Assembly: GCA_964613815.1 (NCBI GenBank)
Contig: CAZTKG010000002.1
Span: forward strand, 118,299 to 182,298
DNA: 64,000 bases
From: an uncultured Gammaproteobacteria bacterium
Lineage (GTDB): Bacteria; Patescibacteriota; Patescibacteriia; UBA9934
Reading direction: 5' to 3'
The first letter of the stretch is position 1. Every line of letters starts with the position of its first letter. The notes below the pieces were generated by a model that saw only the letters and a program-made list of their open reading frames with translations, ran no database searches and was not told the DNA's origin. Positions 47,148-56,564 of this stretch are shown here, in pieces. Both the position numbers and the translations under genes were made by a program.

Positions 47148-47887
47148 TTCCATACGCTGAAATACATTCCGTGGCAATTGGCCCTTTGACGATTTATGTT
47201 TGGGGGTTTTTTGTTGCGCTTGGATGTTTGGTTGGGCTTTGGGTTGCGCGAGGGTTGGCGCGGAAGCGAGGGTTGAATTTGGATGTTTTGACGAGTGCGT
47301 TTTCTTGGGCGCTTGTTGGGGCGCTTGTTGGGGCTCGGGTTGGGTATTTTTTGTTTTATGATTTTTGGACGTTTTGGGAAGAGCCTTTGGTGTTTTTTGC
47401 GTTGAATGGGGGAGGGTATTCGGTGATCGGGGGGTTTATTGGTGCGGTGGTTTTGGGGGTTTGGTGTTTGAAGAAGTATCAGGTAGATGTTTTGAAGTAT
47501 GCGGATGTGATGATTTTTGGATTGCCAATAGGGCTTGGTATTGGTCGGATCGGGTGTTTTTTTATTCATGATCATCCTGGGACGGTCACAGATTTTTGGT
47601 TGGGGGCTGAATATGTGGATGGCATTGCGCGGCATGATCTTGGGCTCTACTTATCGTTGAATGGTTTTTTGCTAGCCTTGGTCTTTTGGTGGTTGTCTCG
47701 GCGGGATGTTTGGGTTGGGCTTTATGTTGTTTTGTTTTTGGGATGGTATGGGGTTACACGTTTCGGGTTGGACTTTCTTCGGATTGGTGATGTAAAATAC
47801 TGGTCACTTACGCCAGCTCAGTATGCATCGGTTGTGATGGTTGCGGCGGCGGCGTTCTTGATTTATCGATTTAAGCATAAAACGTAA
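47144..47887 (+). CDS. lgt: Prolipoprotein diacylglyceryl transferase
   Basis: GARVGY, GG..GG, IGRIGCF, RFGLDFLR. Confidence 0.88.
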   Translation: MIPYAEIHSVAIGPLTIYVWGFFVALGCLVGLWVARGLARKRGLNLDVLTSAFSWALVGALVGARVGYFLFYDFWTFWEEPLVFFALNGGGYSVIGGFIGAVVLGVWCLKKYQVDVLKYADVMIFGLPIGLGIGRIGCFFIHDHPGTVTDFWLGAEYVDGIARHDLGLYLSLNGFLLALVFWWLSRRDVWVGLYVVLFLGWYGVTRFGLDFLRIGDVKYWSLTPAQYASVVMVAAAAFLIYRFKHKT

Positions 47888-47895
47888 CCTCATTT

Positions 47896-48606
47896 ATGGA
47901 GCAAAGAAAAGGGTTTTTTGATGGGAGTCCGCTCATGATTTTTATTTTTGGATTGGTAACAGGGGTCGCGCTGATGGCGATTTTTGGTGGGGGGATGAGT
48001 TTTGGAGGAGGGGGAGATAAAGTTGTGCGGACGTTTGATACGGGTGATGAAGGGGATGCTGGTTCTGAAGGTGGGTCTGCTGGCACGACGCTTGCTCCGG
48101 TTGAGGCTGGAGAGCATATTCTTGGGGATATTGAGAACGCGGAGGTGGTGATTGTGGAGTATTCTGATTTTGAATGTCCGTTTTGCACGCGGCATCATCC
48201 GACGATTGAGCAGTTGATGGAGGAATATGATGGGCAGATCGCTTGGGTGTATCGGCATTTTCCGCTTTCGTTCCATGCAAATGCGACGCCGGCGGCCGTT
48301 GCGAGTGAATGCGCAGCGGATCAAGGGTTATTTTGGGAATATTCAAAAGCATTGTTTGAGCGGCCTGGTGATTTGAATGAGGAGCTGTATCTATCCATCG
48401 CGGGGGATTTGGGGATTGGTGGAGATCAGTTTGAGAATTGTTTGGCGGCGAATGATTATGAAGCGGATGTGAATGAAGATATGGCAAGTGGAGCTGCGGC
48501 TGGTGTTGGTGGGACTCCTGCGACGTTTGTGAATGGGGAACTTGTGAGCGGGGCTGTGCCGTACGCGACGCTCGATGCGATGGTGCAGGCGATTTTGGGG
48601 AGTTAG
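47896..48606 (+). CDS. DsbA-family thioredoxin-fold protein
   Basis: EYSDFECPFC, YRHFPL, GTPATFVNG. Confidence 0.92.
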   Translation: MEQRKGFFDGSPLMIFIFGLVTGVALMAIFGGGMSFGGGGDKVVRTFDTGDEGDAGSEGGSAGTTLAPVEAGEHILGDIENAEVVIVEYSDFECPFCTRHHPTIEQLMEEYDGQIAWVYRHFPLSFHANATPAAVASECAADQGLFWEYSKALFERPGDLNEELYLSIAGDLGIGGDQFENCLAANDYEADVNEDMASGAAAGVGGTPATFVNGELVSGAVPYATLDAMVQAILGS

Positions 48607-48624
48607 TTCTTAAGAGTGATTTTA

Positions 48625-48668
48625 GCTTGATACAAAAGTGGTCCGTACGGACCACTTTTGTATCAAGC
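48625..48668. repeat. Perfect 44-bp palindrome
   Basis: gcttgatacaaaagtggtccgt|acggaccacttttgtatcaagc. Confidence 0.95.
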
Positions 48669-48765
48669 AAGTGAGTTGGTCTGGTCGATGATTCGTCCAT
48701 TTTTTGTTTACATGGTTTTATTTGTTTTCTTCTTGATGAAAAAGATGAACATGTATAGCGCGTTT

Positions 48766-48811
48766 TGCCTGTATTAATAATGGTCCGTACGGACCATTAT
48801 TAATACAGGCA
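48766..48811. repeat. Perfect 46-bp palindrome with the same 16-bp core
   Basis: tgcctgtattaataatggtccgt|acggaccattattaatacaggca. Confidence 0.95.
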
Positions 48812-48862
48812 GAGCTGTTTGATTTTATGGGGAGAGTTGAGTCGGATGAGGGAAGGGGATAG

Positions 48863-49324
48863 TTATCCGAATATTCCTCCGAATTGGGTGTTTTCTTGTT
48901 TTGGTTGCGGGGGGGATTTTGAAGTTTGAATGGATTTTTCGGCTGTGTCTTCCCGCTTTGTTTTTTGAGCTACGGGGCGCGGGCTGGATGAGGGATTGGG
49001 GGTGTTTGATGGTTTTTTTCCGCTTGTCGCTTGGACCCATCTATCGATTCTGGCCATTTCTTTTTCTACGGTTGGGCCGTCGTATTCTCCGCCGTGCATG
49101 TTTGATCCTCCGTAGCTTGGTTTTTTTTGGTCGAGGTGAAGATCAAAAACAACAGATGTTTCGGTTTGTTTAAGGTAGAGGTGAAAACGTGGGTAGAAGC
49201 CGGCGGTGGGTTTGAGGATGTAGCTGGATTTTTTGGTGTTTGGGTCGATGAAGTGGGAGTATCCTGATTGGCGGAGGACTTGGAGGGGTTGGGGGACTTC
49301 ATCGCGCGTGTACGTAATTTTCAT
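48863..49324 (-). CDS. Hypothetical protein
   Basis: YPRFHLY...LHLDQKKPSY...HGGEYDG, a pattern I recall from CPR hypothetical proteins. Confidence 0.75.
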   Translation of the reverse strand: MKITYTRDEVPQPLQVLRQSGYSHFIDPNTKKSSYILKPTAGFYPRFHLYLKQTETSVVFDLHLDQKKPSYGGSNMHGGEYDGPTVEKEMARIDRWVQATSGKKPSNTPNPSSSPRPVAQKTKREDTAEKSIQTSKSPPQPKQENTQFGGIFG

Positions 49325-49341
49325 ATTGATTTTAGGATAGT

Positions 49342-49974
49342 CTAAATTGCTTCGACGCGGAAGTTTGGGGCTTCGTGGATTTCTTTCATTCTGTCTGGGA
49401 AGGTGGCCTTGATGATGTTGATGCAGTTTGTGGCGATGATGGTAGGGAGGGGTTCTGCGTCGATGATGTGGTCGGCGTGATGCTTGCTCGGCCAGATGTA
49501 TTGTTTAGCTGCAGGGATCATGACGTGGTTGAGATAGCCGTCTTCGACCCAGGGTTGGCGGATGCGGCGGCGGGTGATGTGGGAGGCTTCTGAGAGGTCG
49601 AGGAAGATGCTGAGGTCGAGATGGGTTCTGAGGCGAGGTTCTGCGAGGGTCATGAAGCCGTCGATGAGGATGATGGGGGCTGGGAAGACGCATTTGGAGC
49701 CGATGCGGGCGTCGACTTTTCGGTCGTAGTTGGGGACCATGGCGTAGTGGCCGTTTTTGAGGTCTTCGACGGCTTTGAGTAATAAGTCCCAGTGGATGGA
49801 GGTGGGGTGGTCCCAGTTTTTGAAGCCGTTAATGTGGCCGACTTCGGGGTGGTCTTTGAAGAAATCGTCGAATTTGAGGCGGGAGATGTTTTGGAACGAG
49901 GATTGAATGGAGCGGCAGAGAACGGATTTGCCTGCGCCAGAGGGGCCTGCGATGCCGATGAGGTAGGGTTTCAT
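49342..49974 (-). CDS. udk: Uridine kinase family protein
   Basis: IGIAGPSGAGKS, DDFF, NWDHP, ADHII. Confidence 0.85.
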   Translation of the reverse strand: MKPYLIGIAGPSGAGKSVLCRSIQSSFQNISRLKFDDFFKDHPEVGHINGFKNWDHPTSIHWDLLLKAVEDLKNGHYAMVPNYDRKVDARIGSKCVFPAPIILIDGFMTLAEPRLRTHLDLSIFLDLSEASHITRRRIRQPWVEDGYLNHVMIPAAKQYIWPSKHHADHIIDAEPLPTIIATNCINIIKATFPDRMKEIHEAPNFRVEAI

Positions 49975-50086
49975 AGAGGGGTTGTCCACAATGAGGGATC
50001 TGATGATGTGATTTTATCACAGCCTCAAGATGATGTGGGTTCGGTGTTTGATATACTTTATATATATGAAAAAGAAAAAGGTTGAG

Positions 50087-50254
50087 GATACATTTGGTTA
50101 TAAGGGGTGGATGAATTCGGATAATATTTGGAAGCGGATGTTTGGGGTGTTTGGGTATTATACGCTTGCGAATATTGTGATTACGCTTGGGATGCTTTTG
50201 GTGTTTGGAGTGTTTGTGTTTTTAGGGTTTTTGGTGACTTGGTTGGTTCGGTAG
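50087..50254 (+). CDS. Small membrane protein
   Basis: MKKKK..GYKGWMNSD..KRMFGVFGY plus TM helix; terminator at 50276-50301. Confidence 0.65.
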   Translation, partial: DTFGYKGWMNSDNIWKRMFGVFGYYTLANIVITLGMLLVFGVFVFLGFLVTWLVR

Positions 50255-50432
50255 ATTTGATTTTTATTTGGTTTCAAAAAAGAGCTTCAAAGCTCTTTTT
50301 TGTGCTGCCGAGATCAGCTATGTGCCGGGAGGGTCGAGTTGAGCTCGATTGCCTCGCTCAGCAGTTTTCGGTTGGAAGATCTGCGAAGCTCAGCTTCGCT
50401 AGACACCGATCTTCAAACCGAGCTGAGCTCGG

Positions 50433-50448
50433 TGGCGGACCGGACGGG
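50433..50448 (-). other. Putative att site: duplicated 3' end of a tRNA-Asp
   Basis: Minus strand reads CCCGTCCGGTCCGCCA; coincides with the composition switch. Confidence 0.7.
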
Positions 50449-50602
50449 TTGAGTAACAAGGTTTGGGAGGTTTTGTAAGGGCTTTTGGGATATTATTTCT
50501 AGACGAATTTCAGGCACTCGGGTCGGGGTCTTTTTTGGGAACTTGAGACAAAATGAGACAGTAGTTAAAAAAATGGGGGGCTAAATCATAAAATCACGGC
50601 TT

Positions 50603-51109
50603 ATGAAAATTCCCAAAGACCTAGTTCAAGAACTTAAGGATATTCATCAAGAAAAGACAGGTAAAACGTTGAGTAATGAAGACGCGCTTGAGGGAGCAAA
50701 CAACTTAACCAATTTCGCCAAGCTTCTACTGGACTGTGCTGAGCGCGATCGTAAACGTAAACTGCAGCTCAAAGAGTCGCCAAAGGGTTTCCATCTTCCC
50801 GAAGGAGAACGTTACAATTGTTTCATTTGCCACAATGTAGTTTCAGGAGAATCAAGTTGGTACAGCAAGCACGGGATCACGTGTCTTATTTGCAAGGAAG
50901 CTTTGAGGAAGCGAGTCATTCCAGTGAGTGTCATGCGCAATCGTGATAGCTGGTTAGCGATGTGGGAAGTGAAGAAGCTTCTTGTACTACACCACTCCAC
51001 CATACTAAAAATGATCCGCACTGGTAAACTAAAGGCGCGGATCATTAAAAATGGAGAGCGTGATTACTTTTGGGTGTTTTTGAAGAAAGAGAATCGTCTA
51101 CTCACCTAA
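50603..51109 (+). CDS. Hypothetical protein with CxxC pairs and C-terminal excisionase-like HTH
   Basis: CFIC...CLIC; [22 protein letters not shown]. Confidence 0.65.
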   Translation: MKIPKDLVQELKDIHQEKTGKTLSNEDALEGANNLTNFAKLLLDCAERDRKRKLQLKESPKGFHLPEGERYNCFICHNVVSGESSWYSKHGITCLICKEALRKRVIPVSVMRNRDSWLAMWEVKKLLVLHHSTILKMIRTGKLKARIIKNGERDYFWVFLKKENRLLT

Positions 51110-52306
51110 GTCGGCGTCACCATCTGAAAGTTCTTCAAACTTAGCTGTCATTGTAGGATTGCCTCGTGTCAATTTTTTAATCGTCAGATCTTCCGCCTTA
51201 TTATTGGCGAGACGCAGGTTGTTTTCAGAAGACAGGAGGGCCGCCTTAGTCTTTTGAAGATGATTGATTGTTTTATCGATTTCATCAATGGCAGTTTTGA
51301 ATCTACGACTCGCAAGATCGTAGTTTTTTGCGAACCCTTCCTTAAAGACGTTTATCCGATCTTCAAAATTTGTAATGTCCACATTTTGGCTTCGCATCAA
51401 AGCAAGTTCTGCTTTGTATTCGAGAGAGTTCATTGCGGCGTTGCGGAGCAGTGTAATCATCGGAATAAAGAATTGCGGACGAACTACGTACATCTTAGGG
51501 TATTTATGAGACACGTCGACAATACCTGTGTTATACAGTTCATTTTCGGTCTCCAAGAGCGTTACCAGAACAGCATATTCACAATTTTTCTCTGTGCGGT
51601 CTTTATCAAGCTCACGTAAAAAGTCTTCGTTCTTTTTCTTTGTGGCAGTTTCATCGCCTTCATTTTTCATTTCGAACATGATAGAAGTAATTTCATTCCC
51701 AGCTTCGTCGGTTTCCCGATAAATGTAATCGCCCTTACTTCCGGTTTTGGAATCATTATCCTTTTCAAAATATGCATTTTGAAAAGCAGTTGCACGGAGT
51801 TTGTTGAACTCAGTTTCACAATGCTGTTCCAGGGTCTCCCCAAGCATTTTGGTGCTGAGTTTTAATTTCATGTCCTTGTAACGCTCAATCATTTCATCCT
51901 TTGACTTTAATTCATTTTCATACTTTTCCTTCATAGAAACTTCGCGCAGCTCCATTTCATGCTCCTTGCTTTGCAACTTATTCTTGAGATGGTCTCGTTC
52001 TTTTTCGATGGAATTAACTGCCTCTGTTACGGCGAGTTTTTTCTCAAGAGCCTCACTCTCCATTTTTGACTTGAGAGAAGCTATCTCGGAGTCTTTTTTT
52101 ACAAGGTCTTCCTGCATTGAATTCTTTAGATTGGCCTCAGCGAGTTTCACGGCATCTTCTTGCTGTCTCTCGGCTAAAGATAGGCGATCATGCAGTTCTT
52201 TTTCAAACTGATCGTCACGAACTTGTTTGAGAATATCCGCGAACCCAGCTTCATCTACTTTGAAAGTCTTTTTACAGTGCGGGCAATTGATGGTTTGGTC
52301 GGTCAT
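51098..52306 (-). CDS. DUF2130 coiled-coil protein
   Basis: [42 protein letters not shown]. Confidence 0.88.
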   Translation of the reverse strand: MTDQTINCPHCKKTFKVDEAGFADILKQVRDDQFEKELHDRLSLAERQQEDAVKLAEANLKNSMQEDLVKKDSEIASLKSKMESEALEKKLAVTEAVNSIEKERDHLKNKLQSKEHEMELREVSMKEKYENELKSKDEMIERYKDMKLKLSTKMLGETLEQHCETEFNKLRATAFQNAYFEKDNDSKTGSKGDYIYRETDEAGNEITSIMFEMKNEGDETATKKKNEDFLRELDKDRTEKNCEYAVLVTLLETENELYNTGIVDVSHKYPKMYVVRPQFFIPMITLLRNAAMNSLEYKAELALMRSQNVDITNFEDRINVFKEGFAKNYDLASRRFKTAIDEIDKTINHLQKTKAALLSSENNLRLANNKAEDLTIKKLTRGNPTMTAKFEELSDGDADLGE

Positions 52307-52399
52307 ACAGGGTTTGGTTTATTGGTTAGAAACTTGACGCATCTCTTGTTTATGGTAATATCACGTTCAGATATAAGTGTCAAACTCTGAATAAGAAAT

Positions 52400-53281
52400 A
52401 TGCAATCAATACCCTCTCAGGATCAAGCTTTGCTCAATCTGGGCAAAATCAACGGCTGGATTGACTCCTCACCTGTCGCAACCGTCATGCGCCATTCTAT
52501 GGCAAATTTAGCATTTGAGCTTACAAAAGCAGATCTTCAAGTAGAAATCGACATTGGTAACCTGCTTTCAATCTCTGATTCTCCAATTACATCAAAACGA
52601 TTCAAGAAAGTCTTTCTCGATCCTCTTGTGGGAAATGATTATGCTGTGGTCTTACAAAAAGTCCATCAACAAATATTCGCACAGAGTGAAGGGTATCAAT
52701 TTCAACCAGGGCAATTGCGATCGGAGAATACCCCTGGACAAATACAGGGCATTATTAACAAAATTGATGAGAGCAGTGATTCTCCATTCGCAAAGGCCCT
52801 AGATCTTCATAAGAATTTTCTAGACCTAAAACCATTTAATAACGGAAATGAAATCATTGCAGCTCTGCTACCAAATATATACCTAACTCATCGAGGTGTA
52901 ATGCTTGCGCCCATACTAAGCTTTCATAATTTCCCTGCACAAGGCGATGATGCAGATGAGTGGTTTCAAGACCAAACAAATCTTATCATCACTCTCTTGC
53001 ACGAAATTCGAGATTTGGAGCAAGAATACAAAAGTCGAACTAATGGATTTGCAACACAGCGTAAAAAACTTTTCTCAGGACTTTTGCCTTTTATGATGAA
53101 ACGTCCGAAGTTTACGATTCAAGAATTACTGGATGAATATGGACAAAGTACATATCAAACCATTAATGAACTATTCAAAGATCTGGTAAAGCTCAATGTG
53201 CTAAAGGAGCTTACGGGAAATGCGCGGTTCAGAGTCTTTCACCTTCACGAATATTCAAATCTTTTCAAAACAATCGTATGA
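52400..53281 (+). CDS. Fic-like protein with degenerate motif and C-terminal HTH
   Basis: LKPFNNGNEIIA where HPFxDGNGRxGR is expected; LKELTGNARFRVF tail. Confidence 0.7.
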   Translation: MQSIPSQDQALLNLGKINGWIDSSPVATVMRHSMANLAFELTKADLQVEIDIGNLLSISDSPITSKRFKKVFLDPLVGNDYAVVLQKVHQQIFAQSEGYQFQPGQLRSENTPGQIQGIINKIDESSDSPFAKALDLHKNFLDLKPFNNGNEIIAALLPNIYLTHRGVMLAPILSFHNFPAQGDDADEWFQDQTNLIITLLHEIRDLEQEYKSRTNGFATQRKKLFSGLLPFMMKRPKFTIQELLDEYGQSTYQTINELFKDLVKLNVLKELTGNARFRVFHLHEYSNLFKTIV

Positions 53282-55317
53282 CAAATTTCAAAGATAAGAC
53301 TCAGCTCATTTGGAGTATTGCAGATATTCTCCGTGGTGGATGGAAGCAACATGAGTATCAAGATGTCATTCTTCCTCTTGTTGTTATCAAGCGTTTAGAT
53401 CTCCTCCTCTCCTCAACAAAGAAGTCTGTGCTCGAGCAATATAACGAGCTAAGTGGAGAGATTAATGACCTTGATCCAATTCTCAAGGCAACATCTGGAG
53501 TCGGTTTTTATAATATCTCTGAATATGACTTTGAGTCACTTCTTGAAGACCCTGCTGGCATTGCACAGAACTTTAGAAATTATTTAAACAAGTTTAGTGA
53601 AAATATTACTGACATTATTGAGAAGTTTGATTTTGATCGTCAGCTAGATCGTCTTGATGGAGGAAATCTCTTGTATGAAATTATAAAGGTCATAAATAAA
53701 GTTGACCTTCATCCGGATCGTGTAGACAATCATGAGATGGGGTCCATCTTTGAGGAGCTTATTAGAAAATTTGCGGAACAATCGAATGAGACCGCTGGGG
53801 AGCATTACACGCCACGCGATGTGATTAAAGTCATGGTCGAAGTTCTCTTCGCACCAGACCAAAAAAAACTCCAAAAAGAACATCTTATTAAAACCGTCTA
53901 CGATTGTGCTTGTGGTACTGGTGGGATGCTCTCTGTTGCAAAGGATCACATAAAAGATGAGATTAAAAGTGATGCAGACATCTACCTTTACGGACAAGAG
54001 CTCAACCCTGTCACCTACGCTATGTGTAAGGCGGACATGCTGATTAAGGGTGAGGACCCGAATAATATTAAAGGTGGAGAAAAAGATCATTCACTGGCAA
54101 GCACACTTGCAAATGATCAGTTTTTTGGAAAGGACTTTGACTATATGCTTACAAACCCTCCTTTTGGAGTGGATTGGAAAAAAGACAAGCAAACTGTTGA
54201 GCGAGAGGCTGAACGTGGATTTGCTGGGCGTTTTGGTGCGGGGACACCGCGTGTATCAGATGGACAATTGCTTTTTCTACAACATCTTATTTCAAAAATG
54301 AGACCAGAACATGATGGTGGGTCGCGCTTAGGAATTGTTTTTAATGGCTCACCACTATTTACTGGTGATGCAGGAAGCGGAGAGAGTGAAATTCGTAGAT
54401 GGATTTTAGAGAACGATTGGCTTGAAACAATAATCGCGCTTCCTGATCAGCTATTTTTCAACACAGGTATCCCAACATACCTTTGGTTTATTACGAACCG
54501 AAAATCAGATGAGCGTAAAGGTAAGGTGCAGATTGTAGACGCTCGAGGCTTCTGTAAAAAAATACGAAAGAGTCTCGGAAACAAACGTAATGAGATTACG
54601 GAAGATGATCGGAAAAAGATCATTGAACTTTATTCGTCATTTGAAGAAAATGAACACTCAAAGATTTTCAACAATGAAGACTTTGGATACCGACAGATCA
54701 CCGTGGAACGACCTCTTCGATTGAACTTTCAGGTAAATGAGGAGCGGTTGAAAAATCTGACCTTGGATAAATTTCTCACCACTGGTGAAAAAAAAGCAAC
54801 AAAATTACAACTACAGCGAGCTGCTATTTGTCGAATATTAACCAATGCAGTTTTACCGAAGATGTCAAAAAAACTGTACAAAAATCGTCAGGAATTTATC
54901 AGTGACCTGACCGATACATACAACTCCATTGGTGATCTAGATACTCCACTACCACAGCCGATATTAAAAGCAGTGATTGAATCACTTTCAGAACAGGATG
55001 ATACGGCAGATATTTGTATGGACAGCAAGGGCAACTCTGAAGCACATGCAAGCTTACGTGACACAGAAAATATTCCACTCGATCAAAATATTCAGGAGTA
55101 TTTCAATAAAGAAGTAAAGCCTTATGTTACGGATGCTTGGATCAATGAAAGTAAAAAAGATCACAAGGATAAAAAGATCGGGAAAGTTGGATATGAGATT
55201 CCTGTGACAAGATTTTTTTACAAATACAATACCCCAAGATCATTGAAAGATATTGAAATCGATATTCAAAAAACAGAGCAAGAGCTTGTTGATCTTCTTA
55301 AACAGATGTCTGTATGA
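53278..55317 (+). CDS. hsdM: Type I R-M methyltransferase subunit
   Basis: GEHYTPRDV, DCACGTGGML, NPPFG, FFNTGI. Confidence 0.96.
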   Translation: MTNFKDKTQLIWSIADILRGGWKQHEYQDVILPLVVIKRLDLLLSSTKKSVLEQYNELSGEINDLDPILKATSGVGFYNISEYDFESLLEDPAGIAQNFRNYLNKFSENITDIIEKFDFDRQLDRLDGGNLLYEIIKVINKVDLHPDRVDNHEMGSIFEELIRKFAEQSNETAGEHYTPRDVIKVMVEVLFAPDQKKLQKEHLIKTVYDCACGTGGMLSVAKDHIKDEIKSDADIYLYGQELNPVTYAMCKADMLIKGEDPNNIKGGEKDHSLASTLANDQFFGKDFDYMLTNPPFGVDWKKDKQTVEREAERGFAGRFGAGTPRVSDGQLLFLQHLISKMRPEHDGGSRLGIVFNGSPLFTGDAGSGESEIRRWILENDWLETIIALPDQLFFNTGIPTYLWFITNRKSDERKGKVQIVDARGFCKKIRKSLGNKRNEITEDDRKKIIELYSSFEENEHSKIFNNEDFGYRQITVERPLRLNFQVNEERLKNLTLDKFLTTGEKKATKLQLQRAAICRILTNAVLPKMSKKLYKNRQEFISDLTDTYNSIGDLDTPLPQPILKAVIESLSEQDDTADICMDSKGNSEAHASLRDTENIPLDQNIQEYFNKEVKPYVTDAWINESKKDHKDKKIGKVGYEIPVTRFFYKYNTPRSLKDIEIDIQKTEQELVDLLKQMSV

Positions 55318-56564
55318 ACAAACTTGAGCGATTGAAATTTTCGGTGAACATCAATCCGAGCAAAAAAGAGATTCCAAATTTACCAGATGATACAGATGTT
55401 GCCTTTTTGCCTATGGAAGCTGTTTCAACGAAGGGTAAAGTAAAGCCAGTTACACGCAGCTTGTGCGAGGTGTCACAAGGGTATACATATTTTCGAGATG
55501 GGGATGTCGTGATGGCAAAAATTACTCCTTGTTTTGAGAATGGTAAGGGTGCGGTCATACAAAAGCTTTTGAATGGATTCGGATTTGGTTCAACGGAATT
55601 TGTTGTATTCCGTCCTCAAAATATAGACACCAAGTATCTATATTACATAATTTCATCTAATCATTTTAGAAAAACGGGAAAGATGGAAATGCGTGGATCG
55701 GCAGGGCAACAGCGTGTGCCAGAAACGTTTATTTCAAATTATCTTATTGAAAAAATATCTATTAGTGAACAAAAAAAGAGGGTTAATTTTCTCGATGAGA
55801 AGACGGTGTTAATTGATGTGGTTATAAAAAAGAAACAGAAACAGATTGAGCTCCTTAAAGAAAAACGTGCTGCTCTTATTGCTCAGTCTGTTACAAAAGG
55901 ACTTAATCCGAATGTGAAGATGAAAGATTCTGGTGATGAGTGGATCGGTGAGATTCCTGAAGAATGGAAAATGCTTAAACTCAAGCAACTAACTAATCAT
56001 CCTTTTCAGTACGGTTTGAACGAATCCGCGATTGAAAACATTTCAGGTGACCCTAGATATATTCGTATTACAGATATTGATGCCGATGGGGGTTTACGAA
56101 ATTCCTCAATCAAAACCATGAGCAAGGTCAAAGCTAAAGGATATTTCTTAAAAGATGGAGATATGTTATTTGCGCGATCTGGAGCAACAGCTGGCAAATC
56201 TTTTATCTATAAGGAAAGATATGGAGCAAGTTGCTTTGCTGGATACTTAATCCGATTCATGCCAGATCGAAGAAAACTATTGCCCGATTATATTAACTTT
56301 ATCACTCAATCTACCTATTACGAGAACTGGAAGGACAGTATTTTTATTCAATCTACTATTCCAAATATTAGCGCGGACAAGTATAAGGGTTTTTTAGTCC
56401 CGGTTCCCTCAGTAGATGAACAGGAAGAAATAGTGACATATCTGAATCAGAATACCGAAATTATTGATATGACAATCAGTAAGATTCAAAAGTCGATCAA
56501 ACTAATTCAAGAATATCGTTCCTCACTAATCTCGCATGCGGTGACTGGAAAAATTGTTGTATGA
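55314..56564 (+). CDS. hsdS: Type I R-M specificity subunit
   Basis: Two TRDs; KITPCFENGK; VTKGLNP..MKDSG.EWIGEIP; AVTGKI. Confidence 0.95.
   Translation: MNKLERLKFSVNINPSKKEIPNLPDDTDVAFLPMEAVSTKGKVKPVTRSLCEVSQGYTYFRDGDVVMAKITPCFENGKGAVIQKLLNGFGFGSTEFVVFRPQNIDTKYLYYIISSNHFRKTGKMEMRGSAGQQRVPETFISNYLIEKISISEQKKRVNFLDEKTVLIDVVIKKKQKQIELLKEKRAALIAQSVTKGLNPNVKMKDSGDEWIGEIPEEWKMLKLKQLTNHPFQYGLNESAIENISGDPRYIRITDIDADGGLRNSSIKTMSKVKAKGYFLKDGDMLFARSGATAGKSFIYKERYGASCFAGYLIRFMPDRRKLLPDYINFITQSTYYENWKDSIFIQSTIPNISADKYKGFLVPVPSVDEQEEIVTYLNQNTEIIDMTISKIQKSIKLIQEYRSSLISHAVTGKIVV

Noticed and set aside
1173-48700. Many long antisense ORFs rich in P/H/N/R/I (e.g. 38026-39336, 34254-35165, 30995-32122, 18199-19218)
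   Set aside because: They overlap well-supported genes; most are shadows produced by the strand skew
50321-50346. Second tRNA 3' remnant (minus strand ...CCCTCCCGGCACA)
   Set aside because: The T-arm does not fold canonically and there is no CCA; too weak to call
51961-51984. Possible gapped target of pentamer unit 3 in the DUF2130 gene (AAtAAgTTgCAaAGc, minus strand)
   Set aside because: Only the first 5 of 8 dinucleotides match, which is plausible by chance; no full target was found in a non-exhaustive search by eye
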